NCBI RefSeq assembly: GCF_006345805.1 | Contig: NC_043008.1 | Span: 72,912,001 to 72,976,000 of the forward strand | Direction: 5' to 3' | From: Octopus sinensis | Lineage: Eukaryota | Length of the DNA stretch: 64,000 nt | Shown here: in pieces, positions 62,279-64,000 of the stretch | Layout: each line of letters opens with the position of its first letter | Position numbering within the stretch: position 1 is the first letter of the stretch | The notes under the pieces: generated by a model | Told to the model about the DNA's origin: nothing | The model's input: only the letters and a program-made list of their open reading frames with translations | Databases searched by the model: none | Made by a program: the position numbers and the translations under genes

Positions 62279-64000
62279 TTAGATTAACGCCATTGTACTA
62301 TGATGAACTATCTGCCATACAAGCTTTATACCACTGAACTGAGAGGTAATGTTTGGTATGCACAGAATATTTTCAGTTGATACTGCTGCTCTGAGAGCCA
62401 CTGTATTCGTAGGTCCTGCTGGGGGAGGATGTTACATTACAAAACCTCATTTATTTTAAAATCTAAGTAGATTTACAAATAAATGAAGGCAAACCATAAA
62501 TAACACAACAAACAACTGGCAGACAGGTATATAATAATTAGGTTGAAGGTAGGAAGAGAGGAGAATTCACAGTTTCTGACAACATTATATGATCAAGAAG
62601 AGGGACAAAAATGTTGAAGACTTGCATGTGAATAATTGTTTTGATTTTGGCAAATGATTGATGTAGGTATTATTGTAGGTAGAATGAGGGCTTGCAGATG
62701 GAGAGAGTAAGAGTTGGGGATGATACACACCAGAAGGCTTAAGAATGTATGTAAGCTTGTTTGTGTCACAAATGTGTGTAGGGTAGTATATGTGAGCATA
62801 TTATGAGTGTGTAGTAAATGCTCTGTAGAATATAATTAGATATAATTTGCTATTGCATGAACTGTGAGTCTGAAACAAATAAATTCGATGTTCCTTCTTC
62901 ATAGTTTATCCAAGATGAGAAATGACGAAAGCAAGGTTTGCATTTTGAAATTGAAGATTTGCACATCACTGAGGGTAACTATGTTATGCTGCTAATGTTC
63001 AGTTGTTTTACCTCAAAAAATACAGTACAAATGGCATGATATGGCATGTAGACTATAGGTGTTTCTAGTCAAACCTCTGCTTTTATGTTATTCATTCATA
63101 ATTCCTATCATTGGTTTAGTTCTTGCATATATTTTCTCTTTATGCCACCAGAATAAAGTGACTTAGAAAAATAATGTTTTAAGTTGCCACATACTAATCC
63201 AATGAAACTAATACTGTTTCTGTGATATAAACTTCCTGATTTAAAATCATCTAAATTTAAATTTTCCATATTAATTTATGTTTCAAACATCATCTTAATA
63301 ATTCTAAAGTTATTTTATTAAATTTTTCATTATTTTCAAAATTAACTAAAACAAAAGCAGTGTGTTTTCACAGAAATATAGTAACAAAAAGGGTTAAAAT
63401 GGCACATTCCTGAATCAAGCATATCTCAGAGTTCTATTATGTTTGAATACTTTGTTAAAACAACAGCAACTCATTATACATCTAAAATTATATCATTGCA
63501 TCTTCTAAAGCACTTCCATGACCACCTCTGCCTGCTGGCAAGCTATGGGAGCTCATAGTCCATTGCTGCCACTGTGACTGATGTTGTACTGGAAATTTCC
63601 TTGCTTGTGTTTGTGCCTTCTGTAATCAACCACCCACTTTCTTATCTAGCATTAATTAGCATTATTTTCTTTCTTCTCTATTATGAAGCTAAAAAAAAAC
63701 AAATTAAAACTGAAATCTATAAAATACTGAAATATTTTTATATCTAATTATGTTTTACGGCTATTCAGTTGATATTACTCTTTTATTCCATGACCAAGTT
63801 GATGTTTACATGCATTAGCATTGGGTTTATACAGATATTTATTTATGTTGATATTACCAAATGTCTAAACAATGCCAAAGCAGACATTGGAGCATGGTGC
63901 TGTGCTCAGGCCTGTTAGTTCTGTAAAACAATCCAATCCATGCCGGCTTGAGTGATGATAATAATCATGATAATGGTGATGTTAATGAGGATGATGATGA

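Overview
AT-rich, microsatellite-dense eukaryotic DNA. The repeat landscape (tRNA/CORE-type SINEs with a CAGCATGGCCACAGTCAAATGACTGAAAC tail, RTE LINEs with (GAT)n tails, many mariners) suggests an octopus genome; this is an inference and no search was run. I cannot support any host protein-coding gene: every recognisable coding segment is transposon-derived. Contents: a near-intact 5'-truncated RTE LINE (APE+RT+PHD finger, 14-bp TSD), a full-length DD34D mariner, several deleted mariners/MITEs, a Tc1, a CR1-like RT fragment, an ORF1/gag-only remnant, a decayed Helitron, many SINEs and an 812-bp tandem duplication. The standout feature is a non-coding 491-bp tandem array at 50626-51721. Each complete unit carries a type I hammerhead ribozyme motif with a very long stem II and the unit has extensive internal complementarity, matching a retrozyme-like, circRNA-producing retroelement. 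About 0.5 kb upstream lies a tRNA-headed foldback element carrying a minimal Penelope-type hammerhead. Other notable items are tandem, covarying H-type pseudoknot motifs in the RTE 3' UTR and a tRNA-Asp/LINE-tail chimera.
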